From Anthoceros angustus (taxonomy: Eukaryota; Plantae; Anthocerotophyta), in contig VJWM01000377.1 in the NCBI GenBank assembly GCA_010909165.1, positions 1-26,599 on the forward strand: DNA of 26,599 bases, written 5' to 3'. Each line of letters opens with the position of its first letter. Positions within the stretch are counted from its first letter, which is position 1. The translations under genes and the position numbers were made by a program. The notes under the pieces are model-generated. The model was not told the origin of the DNA. It searched no databases and worked only from the letters and a program-made list of their open reading frames with translations. Positions 11,601 to 21,040 of this stretch are shown piece after piece.

Positions 11601-12253
11601 GGTGTCGATTCCTTCCAGCGTCGATCCGCCAACCATGCCGACTTGTCAATCACCTCACCCGAGACGTTGAAAATACCGCTGCCCACTCCACCGAGATCGG
11701 CCCACTCGAATGGATACGCATAAAGGAATAATCCAAGGTGTTTTCTCGGCTTTACCATGGACTTATCTGGTCGCTCACCGGCTTGGGGTCACGATTGACT
11801 TCCTCTTCTCCGTCTTCGCTCGAATCTCGGCCCTCTCTGGACCCTTCGAGTCGCGTTACCTTGTGTGGCTTCACCGATGCGGATTGTTGATGTGCAAAAA
11901 TCTCGACTTGGGATGGTTGTCCTCTGCACACCACTGAAGCATCACAAGGTTTCGTAAAATGCTTGGGATAGGCATTCTATCGAGACATCAACAATCCGCC
12001 CTCAATGACGGATTGGGCTTTGTAGCCTACACGCCGATCTTAATTCGGCCCGAATTCGAGCGCCGTGATCACACCCGCACATGTCGGAGATCTTCGCCAC
12101 GAGCCGTAATGCGCTTGACCATTCGCTTGTATGGTCCACATAACCACGACACCATCCTATTTCCATACCCATGCCACTCATCATGCCACCACACACATAG
12201 CACACGCACACCATCAAATTTCTTATCTACCTCTTTCTATGCTGCCATGACGC

Positions 12254-13381
12254 CCACCACCTTTGAGAATTTCTTGGGTAAAAGCCACAATGGAGAATTT
12301 CTCAAACCCCTTCTGCATGATACGGATGGCAGTTGATTACTTCTTGAAACTAGCGCGTGAAAATGCCACGGGTGCTACCAACATGCAAACAAAGGCCATT
12401 TGCATCTCACCCAGATAACCGTACCACGGTTGCCATAAAAGTGATAGTGGGTGGGCGAGAGGTCCACGGGTTGTCGGTCGGAAGGTTGATCGGGATGTCG
12501 TCATGCTATGTTATCCCTCCACTGCCGAGAGGGAGGGTAGTTGCTGCTCGGTTACCTGCCTCACATGCGCAGTCCCCCACTCTAATAAGCGCAGAGCTCA
12601 TCCCTCGAAGAGGTCTGTCACCCAACTCCCAACTTGGATCGGACACGTCACGACACAACAAGATCAACCCGAGCCGGCAGACCGCCCAAGTCCACTAGCC
12701 CCGCTTGGTCATAGAAGGGCGCTCACCCTTCCAGCTGCTGCCGAAGGTGAGAAAAATTTGTTATACCCTGCCTTTACTTTTGGAAAAACACTATGGGTTA
12801 TATCTGCAAAATCATTGCACTTCCTTCCCCACGCGCCGACTTTCGTGAGCGTGTTGTTCCCTCACAGGCAGCCGGACCCTGATGAGCTTAGGTTCATGAA
12901 AGATCATGTTATCGAAATGGGTACCAATTTCCTTCTCGCTGAGAAGCCATGGATGGGTCCCGACTTCGCCATTATATCCGTGTGGTGGAATTGTTGTGAA
13001 TTCCACCACAAGCTTGGTGGAATTCACAACAGAGTGAGTACGGCAAGAGGTGAAGCATGGTGAGTGCCAGCAATCACAAAACCTACCTTTCTCGAATCTC
13101 AGCAAGAACTGACATTATCAGCAGGCACAAGAGTGCAACTTTACTGGCTTTGCACATTCTAGTCAAGCTCGTAGCTAGAAACAAGTATTCAAGTCCACAG
13201 ACACGTCTGGACAGAAGGCCAATGTCAGCAAACCTGTCTACCTTTGTTCATAGCTACCTTGATCAACCAGCTTTCCTCTGTACTAAAAACCAGTATGTAC
13301 CAAGACTAGCTGGAAGGAGCAACAGGCAGCTATAGAGGACAAGGTGAAATTTTCTTTTCTTTTAATTTCTCCCCGTTTGTT
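12254..13381 (+). repeat. ~1.1-kb direct segmental duplication, copy 2
   Basis: Matches 7872-8986. Here it continues directly into the 3' end of RING-family copy 3. Confidence 0.95.
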
Positions 13382-14373
13382 GCATGCTCCCTCGCGTGTC
13401 CACTCTTGTCGCTTGCCTCTTCTTTTCCTGGCCCAAATTGGAAATTGGAACAGCAGCAGCACTATTAGCGCACAGAGACGAGACCATTGTTCCGGTGATC
13501 GGGACTCTGCAAACAGGGCAATCACCCATCTGCTGCGTGCAGGAGTTGCAATACAGGAAATGACGGCAAGGTAAGATGACGGTGTCCCTGGCCTGCTCCC
13601 AGCAGATCGTGCACATAATCTTCTCCTGCTCTTCCTCCAGGTACTCACGCATCTCGTTCCTGTCCGACTCAAGGAAGGCGACAGCTGCCCGCAACCAAGA
13701 GTTCTCCTCCAGCAGCCTCCACAGTTTGGTACAGACAGCCAAATCCTTGTCGCCCTCACCGCATCCCAGGCCTCCTTCTCCTCCTCCAATCTCTGCAGCT
13801 CGGCAGCGAAACCCGCATCCGGATCCGTTGCCTCCATGTCCTCCGTCATCCTCCGCCGCTTGGGCTGCTCTCTCTCTTCCTCCTCCACTTCCGTGGGTCC
13901 CGCCCGCGTTCCAGAGCCTTCTGGACGCTCAATCCTTCACGCTCTCTAATAAGCTCATGCTCCCTGCGCTCGGTGCGGATGACTCGGAGATTGGTCTGCT
14001 GTTGGTTCTTGGTCAGTGTGTACAACGCTTTGTGTTTGTTTGCACCCGCTTTGGGTTCGTTTCTGACACAGCTTGTCACTTCTTCCTCCGCAAAGCAGAA
14101 GTTCTGTCTTCGCGTCAAGCAGAACTTCTTCCTCCTCCAGGCTTTCCAGCAGCTCCTCGTAGGACAAGAGCTCAAGGGACGCAGCCAGGTTCCTCCGCCT
14201 GTCGTCACGCTTTGTCCGTTCGTTGCGGATCAGTTGCAGCCTGTGCGTGGCCTGTTGAGAATTCGTCTCACAGTGCCGCACAACTTTTATTGCTCCTCGA
14301 ACTCCTCCTCCAGCTCGTCGTCGCTCAGCAGCATCAGATCGTCAGCCAGGTTACCCTCCTTCTCACCCGCCAT
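13362..14373 (-). CDS. RING-family copy 3: coiled-coil + C3HC4 RING, putative E3 ubiquitin ligase (frame-broken in this sequence)
   Basis: ATG 14373: MAGEKEGNLADDLMLLSDDELEEEFEEQ, then an in-frame TAA. Repeat NLAASLELLSYEELLESLEEEE follows. The RING is intact: CTICWEQARDTVILPCRHFLYCNSCTQQMGDCPVCRVPITG (ORF 13362-13742). Paralogs suggest the true stop may be ~13465. Confidence 0.82.
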
Positions 14374-14692
14374 TCCTTGGCAGCCACGATGCAAAGCCCA
14401 GTATCCTCACCTTTCACGCTAGTATAAACCAAGCCATGCCGTGAGCTGGTTTGTATGGCATACTCCGTTCCGTTGGATATTTTATATTCGATATTCGATC
14501 ATCAAGGCCAGCCGCCAGCGTGGGACGATGCCTCGGTACCCTGCCCTTGCTTTAGGGTATAGCAACGCTTGCTCTTATTATAAATACGCTCCCATGTGTG
14601 TCTCAAAGTCATTCTCATCCAACCAAGTTCTCTTCCACCTCTGCATGCAAGGGAGCGTGAACGCACTTGGGTCTGCAAGCTGGTAGCGAAGA
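14374..14692. promoter_or_regulatory. Putative bidirectional promoter between copies 3 and 4
   Basis: 319 bp between divergent ATGs. TATAAAA on the minus strand (14480-14486) and TATAAATA on the plus strand (14579-14586) start 113 and 114 bp upstream of their ATGs. Confidence 0.55.
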
Positions 14693-15848
14693 ATGGCGGG
14701 ACGTGTGGAAGTGTCCAGGCCAGCTATGGCGGCTGAGGCATGCGCAGAGGCCGAGCTAGCTATGAACAAGCTGCAGGCTAGGCTACCCAAGGTAGTTGAG
14801 AAGGCTGAGGGCGGCTAGGCTGGCTGAGGAGAGGTAGGCGCGCTGAGTACCAGGCTTGGCTGGCTGATGAGGAGGCTAGACAGGCTGAGGAGGTGGCTAG
14901 GTTGGCTGAGGATCCGGAGGAGAACACGCAGGCTAAGGAGGAGGCTATGCTGGCTGCGGACCTGAGGCGGTGTCCGACAAGGAGCTGGAGGAGAGGCTCC
15001 AGGAGCAGGAAGGCTTTTGTGGTGTGCGTCCGCGATATTGAAGTTGTCGGCATTGGTCAGGCAAACCAGAAACGATTCGGTAGCCGTGCTCGCGAATGCC
15101 GCATGGAGGAAGAAGCAGGCCATCAGCAAGATCGACGTGATCCAAAACGAGCGCAGAGCGGGAGCGCAGTCGGGAGCAGAGCTGAGGCTCCAGGTTTAGA
15201 GATCCTTATGCAAAACCGACTCCGACTTCGGAGGAGAGACAAATTGCCATTAACATGTGCTTGTCTTGTGCAGAATTGGGGAATCTAGACGATGGGCCAG
15301 GGTCCAGGGTGCGTGCCTGTATGCAGGCGGCGTCGCATGTGGCGGGGAAGCGCTCGAGGACAGGCAATGCAGTGACTGGGTAAAAGGGATGTCGCTGAAG
15401 ATGGAGGGGTTTGCTGTACGCGCGTCCGCCGGCATGAGCTTGCCACAGATTTTGGAGGAGGAGAAGGAGAAGGTGAGGAAGAAGAGAGGGAGGCAAGGGA
15501 TGCCGCTGTACATGTCCCTGCCCAGCTGCGGAGGCTGGAGGAGGAGAACGCCGAGCTGCGAAAGGGTATAGCCTTTGCACGAAGGGATGCGCTGACCTGT
15601 AGGAATACGCATCGGAATCAGATTGCGGAACTTGAGTCCGAGAGGACACACTGCGTGAGGACCTGGAGGCAGAGCAGGAGAAGAGTATGTGCAAGGTCTG
15701 CTATGTGGAGCCCAGGAACAGCGTCGTCTTACCTTGCTTTCATTTCCTGTTGTGCAAGTCGTGCATGAAGCGGGCCCGGGACCGTACCATTCCTTGCCCT
15801 ACTTGCAGAGTCCGCATCACCGGATCAATGGCAGTGTTCGTGTCATAG
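14693..15848 (+). CDS. RING-family copy 4: coiled-coil + C3HC4 RING, putative E3 ubiquitin ligase (frame-broken in this sequence)
   Basis: ATG 14693 follows a diverged leader. Motif MLAADLR..SDKELEERLQEQ is present. The RING, read manually from 15681, is intact: KSMCKVCYVEPRNSVVLPCFHFLLCKSCMKRARDRTIPCPTCRVRITGSMAVFVS* (stop 15846-15848). Confidence 0.85.
14800..14955 (+). repeat. Degenerate coding minisatellite (EEARLAE-like) in copy 4
   Basis: Repeated ggctgaggag/ggctaggctggctgag units giving AWLADEEARQAEEVARLAED...AKEEAMLA. Confidence 0.7.
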
Positions 15849-16044
15849 TAGTAGTGCCACCGGATCCTAATCTATGTGTTAGGGCAACTTGTGCTGTCCC
15901 AATTCTCCCAGTCTGAGTCTGGGACTGGCTGTGTTGCAACTTGCGAAAACTCTGCCAGCGACAAATCTGCACAAGCAAGTGAAGAGCTAAGCAGCGAGGA
16001 GAAGAATTCTTGTCCTGTATAGGCTTGCTGCTTCTCCCTGGCTT

Positions 16045-16320
16045 TATCTAGGAGCTGATTGATAAGGTAGCTATGAACAAAGGCAATCAGTTTGCTGACA
16101 TTCCAATAATTGTACCGGTGCGACCTAGAAGCAGAGCAGAAGAAAAGTCTGTGCTTGGTCTGCCTCGTGGAGGCCAGGAACACCATCTTCCTTGCCATAT
16201 CTAGGAGCTGGTTGATAAGGTAGTATGAACAAAGGCAATCAGGTTTGGGTTTGCTGACATTCCAATAATTGTACCGGTGCGACCTAGTGCTTGGTCTGCC
16301 TCGTGGAGGCAAGGAACACC
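16045..16320 (+). repeat. ~155-bp tandem duplication joining 3' cassette sequence to RING fragments
   Basis: tatctaggagctg.ttgataaggtag...tgtaccggtgcgacctag occurs twice, each followed by a RING start (DLEAEQKKSLCLVCLVEARNT; tgcttggtctgcctcgtggaggc). Confidence 0.85.
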
Positions 16321-16457
16321 TTCTTCTTTGGGAATCTCTTAAAAGGATTCTTGGTTAGAGCCAGGAATAAAAGATACCTTGCAACTGTGTGGAATACTCA
16401 GGGTGTCTGAGCGTCAATCTCGATTCGAACCCACTACGTTGTATTCTAGGTCAGAAT

Positions 16458-16830
16458 GCGTGAAAGGTGAGCATACTGGGCTCTGCATCGCGGCTGCCAA
16501 GGAATGGCGGGTGAGAAGGAGGTAACCTGGCTGAGGACCTGATGCTGCTGAGCGGCGGTCCTGCGAGGAGCAGTCTGGGCCAGGGAAAGAAGAGGCAAGC
16601 GACAAGAGTAGACATTTAAGGGACCATGCAACAAACGGGGAGAAATTAAAAGAAAAGAAAAATTCACCTTGTCCTCTATAGCTGCCTGCAGCTCCAGCTA
16701 GTCTTGGTACAGACTGGTTTTCCTCTTCCTTCCAGCTAGTCTTGGTACAGACTGGTATTTACGGGAAAGCTGGTTGATCAAGGTAGCTATGAACAAAGGT
16801 AGACAAGTTTGCTGACATTGGCCTATCGTC
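16458..16830 (+). pseudogene. Internally deleted mini-copy of copy 3 (leader + ~20 codons fused to 3' cassette)
   Basis: gcgtgaaaggtgag.atactgggct.tgcatcg.ggctgccaaggaATGgcgggtgagaaggag (ATG 16504) matches 14420-14330 reversed, then jumps to the reverse complement of ~13435-13215. Confidence 0.85.
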
Positions 16831-17096
16831 CACGATTAATTCTTTCCAGAATTTGGGAACCCGAGAGGTCGCTTACAGACGCAGAGCCTGTTTACCCTGA
16901 TCTTGAAACTGTAGCGTGCAATATTGCAGCCCAAGTGACAATATCGCGCTGCACCATTTCTTGCTTCTGACGCAAAATGAAGTCGAAGTGGACCATTCCA
17001 GCATCGAAGCTTTAGGGTCTGTTGCCCACCACTCAATGGAAGAGACGGTCGTCGACAAGATACGTGTCCAGATGATGGCATTTGTGCATTAAGCTG

Positions 17097-18505
17097 CCAA
17101 CATTTAGCCCTGCGAACATCCTGCCTATCAGGAGTAATCAGAGGTCGTGGATGGGCAGGACATCAAAGTAACCTGTCTGGAAAAGGGAAAGAGGGTCAAC
17201 GTCGAAGCTGCTTGTGAGTACTTCGATTCAAATGTGTCTGTTGGTAACACTTTTTGTTGCTTGTTTGTTGGTATTGACATGTATACTAAATGTGGAAGCT
17301 GGTTAGATGCCCATTACGAGCTGAACACCCTGTCTCACCGCACTGGAGGCGCTCTTAGCAGTTTCTATCCATGAAGTCTTTTGTCCAGCAAGTAATCAGC
17401 TGGCATCGGTATCATGCAGAAGGGGTTTGGGAAATTCTCCATTGTGATCTTTACCCTGAAGAAATTCTCAAAGGTGGCCTTAACCCTGAACTCTTTGCCA
17501 GGCCTGATGCTTACATGCATGCTGAATGTGGCAGCAGGGTGGACTCGAGCAGCATGTATTTGATAAATGACCCACATACTCTTGCAGGCTCAAGAGTGAA
17601 TGAACCACCTGCATACTTTCCTCAGTGTTCTAAGAATGGACTTGTGCAAATAGTGCGGTAGGATAGGATGAGATATGTATCAGGGTGTTCGCTCGATATG
17701 ACGATGCTTTTGAAAGCCCGTCATATTCTAGGACATACTAGCTGTACCATATGCGGATTGTTTCTCACGCTGAGGTCAGTTTTCAAATACATGGTGTGCG
17801 TCCACCATGCTGCCACAATCAGCATACATGTAAGCAAGAGCCCAGGGAAACAATTCAGGCTGAAGGCCACATTAAAGACTCTATTTGTGAATTTCGCGGG
17901 ACATTCGTGTCGACCAGATAGTTACCAATCACATTAGAACGTGGTGCTGCCAGCAACTGGCAACACTTCCTCCTCGAAAATCGAATGATTCCCGAAAGAA
18001 ATGAAGCAGTAAACCCATCACTAACTCTGTTCACAAAACACCAGGGCAAAACGCTGCACAGGAAAGAAATATCCTCACCATTCAGCAGTCCAATATTGCA
18101 GGCCTACTCTGTACGAGCAACTGCGTGGACAACCCCACTGTGACATGATTATCTTGTACAGACAGCATTGAGATCTCACCGGTACCTGACATGAATCAGC
18201 CCTAGACAAACGCACAGTAACGACTACATCACTGTCATCGATGAAACAACCTCTCCTGGCAACACCATCAAACCCCTGCGAGCATCCCTCAAGCTCCCAC
18301 ATTCTCCATAGAGCCATGACGCCCATTCACGATCCTGCACACGCCCAAGCTCTGGCTTGTCCGGAGAGCTCGAATTGGAAGGCGACGCACCATGGCCCAT
18401 CTGAATATCCAAAGAAACCAGCTGCCCATCAACACAACATGCCTGGGGCAAGCGGTTTAACCACCGAACCTACCCTTACGCAGGAAGGCCAAACGAACGC
18501 GAGTG
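17097..18505. repeat. Right arm of large inverted duplication (block B direct, C inverted, A inverted)
   Basis: See blocks A, B and C at 6712-7961. Confidence 0.9.
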
Positions 18506-19096
18506 CCATATCCGAGGTATGTGAGTGTACCATTTTATCAAAGGTATGGTGAGCAGGGCACCAGCCGCGCCCGCGCAAACCAACAAAGGGCTGGCATGGC
18601 ACAAGCCTGCAGACTGCGCACTCCGGACTCAAAACCAATCCAAAAGTCTCTCCTCGGTTCACCGCTGTGAAGAGAACTCAGACTTGTCAAGTAAACGAAC
18701 AGGCTGAAGGGCTCGGACGGCCACCCATTGGACAAAGCAACAACTGACATTAGCTAGATGCGTTGCAATAGCAGCTGGCCAGTCTGCAAGCACAAGAGTA
18801 TCAACTTGGCTACTGGCTTTGCACATTGCAAGCTCCTGAAAACAGCTGTCAAAGCCGGGAGACATGTATGCAAAGACTGTATCTTGTCGACAACAGACCA
18901 ATGTCATCAGCCTCTGCAAAGCATCACCTAACTTTGTGGATAACAGGACAATGTCAAAACCTGGCTACCTTTCGTCATGGGTAGGTACCCATGAAGCAAG
19001 GTAGCCAGCCTCTCATAAAAACCAGCATGTACCCTAGACCAGCTGGAGAGGAGGAGGCCTATACAGGACGAGGTGAAACACCTTTTTCCTCTTTGC

Positions 19097-19949
19097 TCAG
19101 CTCTCCTTGCTTAGGTCTTGTCCAGCTTGCCTCTTCCCTTGCTTGCTGGTCTTGTCGAATTTTTCTGTGATGCTGCCAACAGTAGCATGCTTTTCCTCCC
19201 TTTCCCGCAACAGCGCGGCCTGCTGTCTCATCCTCATGCTCTTCCTTTTGCACTATCTGTGCCATGGCCATGCTGCTCGCTTGGCTTCTAGTTTTTCCTC
19301 GCCGCATGCAACTCCGTGGCCCCTTCCTTGAAAATTCGCCAATTATGCACAATACAAGCACACGTTAATGGCGTTGTCAATTTCATTTTCCTCCCTTGAA
19401 TACGACTCCAGGGATTTGCACACGGAAGGAAGGTGGACGGTAGCTCTAAACCCCTGCAGACCAGTGAGCATCCGCCACCTCATTCCGGCATCTTTGGGAA
19501 GCCTCAATCTTCTCCTGGCCGCAATCACGCTCTCTGCGTTCGTTGCGGATGACTTGAATCTTGCCCTTCTTCTTCAATATGGCGTCCGGATGCAATGACC
19601 TTCCTACATCCGGTTTCTGTCTTCAGCTTTTTGTCCAGGGAAGTTGATGTACTCCGCTTCGCACAAACGTTTTTCTGTTTCTCAAGCCTCGTTACCAGCT
19701 CCTCGTCGGACAGGTCCTTCAGATACGCAGCAAGGTCCCATCGGCTGCGCTGACGCTCTTGCGGTCGTTGCGGATCATTTGAAGCTGCTTCTCCAACTTC
19801 ATATCCTTGACCCCTTCCTTCTCGACCCCTGTGCCGTGTCTAACAACCTTGCCACCAACGTAATTTTCCCCTCACTCGAGCCTTTCCTCAAGCATGTTAT
19901 CTGATTGCAGCTTCAGTTCCGCAGCAAGACTGCCCTCCTTATCCGCCAT
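19097..19949 (-). pseudogene. RING-family copy 5: N-terminal motifs and coiled coil, RING deleted
   Basis: Leader + ATG 19949 (MADKEGSLAAELKLQSDNMLE). Middle motif EIDNAINVCLYCA is present. After gaggaaaagcatgc it joins directly to the 3' cassette. Confidence 0.8.
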
Positions 19950-20007
19950 TCCTCGCCAGCCGTGATGCAGAGCCCAGTATCCTCAACCTACATGCAAGGC
20001 AGAGGCG

Positions 20008-20130
20008 TACAGACACCGTTGCATATGTATATGGCGGGTGTCTGTAATCACATGGGCAAGCACATGCGATTGCAGACACCCGCACATGTGATAAGGGCAA
20101 GATGTGACACATCCCCTTATCACATGTGAT
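20008..20130. repeat. Cluster of three overlapping inverted repeats, copy 1
   Basis: tacagacacc/ggtgtctgta (10 bp); gcgggtgtctgtaatcacatg/catgcgattgcagacacccgc (19 of 21); cacatgtgataaggg/cccttatcacatgtg (15 bp perfect). Confidence 0.88.
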
Positions 20131-20139
20131 TAGGGACAA

Positions 20140-20540
20140 ACCTTCCTTCTCACAGGCCTGCAGGAGGTTTAGAGCTACCTTCCTACCTTCCTTCTCAAAG
20201 GTCTGCAGGTTTAGAGATACCGTCCTACCTTCTACCTTCCTTGTGCAAAGCCCTCCTTCTTGAAAATCGGATGTGGAGGAGGGACAGTGAAATTGACAAT
20301 GCCACTAACGGGCGAATTCCCAAGGGAGGGGCCACGGAGTGCAGGAGGATGTCTCTCTGCACGAGGCTCTGCATGCAGGCGGAAAAACCAGAAGCCTGGC
20401 AAGCGAGCGGCGAGGTACAGGGGATGAAGTTGGAGGAGCTTGATGAGCTCGGCTCCTCCACCATGGCCATGGCGCAGATAGTGGAAAAGGAGAATGAGGA
20501 AGGGAGAGGAGGCCGCGCTACGGAGAGAGGAGGCAAGGCA
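20140..20540 (+). pseudogene. RING-family copy 6: middle fragment only
   Basis: SEIDNATN...SSTMAMAQIVEKE is homologous to copies 4 and 5. It is cut at the tandem-duplication junction before the RING. Confidence 0.75.
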
Positions 20541-21040
20541 CAAGCCTGCAGACTGCGCACCGGACTCAAAACCAATCCAAAAGTCTCTCCTCGGTTCACC
20601 GCTGTGTGAAGAGAACTCAGACTTGTCAAGTAAACGAACAGGCTGAAGGGCTCGGACGGCCACCCATTGGACAAAGCAACAACTGACATTAGCTAGATGC
20701 GTTGCAATAGCAGCTGGCTGGCCAGTCTGCAAGCACAAGTATCAACTTGGCTACTAGCTTTGCACATTGCAAGCTCCTGAAAACAGCTGTAAAGCCGGGA
20801 GACATGTATGCAAAGACTATATCTTGTCGACAACAGACCAATGTCATCAGCCTCTGCAAAGCATCACCTAACTTTGTGGATAACAGGACAATGTCAGAAA
20901 CCTGGCTACCTTTCGTCATGGGTATGAAGCAAGGTAGCCAGCGCTCCTCTCTCATAAAAACCAGCATGTACCCTAGACCAGCTGGAGAGGAAGAGCAGGC
21001 CTATACAGGACGAGGTGAAACACCTTTTTCCCCTCTTTGC

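Noticed and set aside
11430-11760. Gypsy integrase-like fragments (GMPYIVSR, KPRKHLGL)
   Set aside because: Similarity is too weak and the position upstream of the zinc knuckles is inconsistent with gag-pol order.
7872-13381. 1.1-kb direct repeats as the LTRs of a retrotransposon enclosing the gag-like region
   Set aside because: No TG...CA termini, PBS or PPT. The repeat ends fall inside blocks that continue in other copies, so this is a segmental duplication.
13576-14427. 283-aa plus-strand ORF and similar Ser/Leu/Pro-rich ORFs (15206-15694, 21887-22552)
   Set aside because: Antisense shadows of the Glu/Arg-rich RING-family coding strands.
13362-15848. Assigning a known symbol (IAP, BOI/SBP1, MGRN1/LOG2, ORF162) or a viral origin to the RING genes
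   Set aside because: Only the generic RING spacing is shared. No BIR or other diagnostic domain and no viral hallmark genes are visible, so a database search is needed.
16418-16436. B-box-like gggttcgaatc on the minus strand as a tRNA
   Set aside because: No A-box, stems or cloverleaf nearby.
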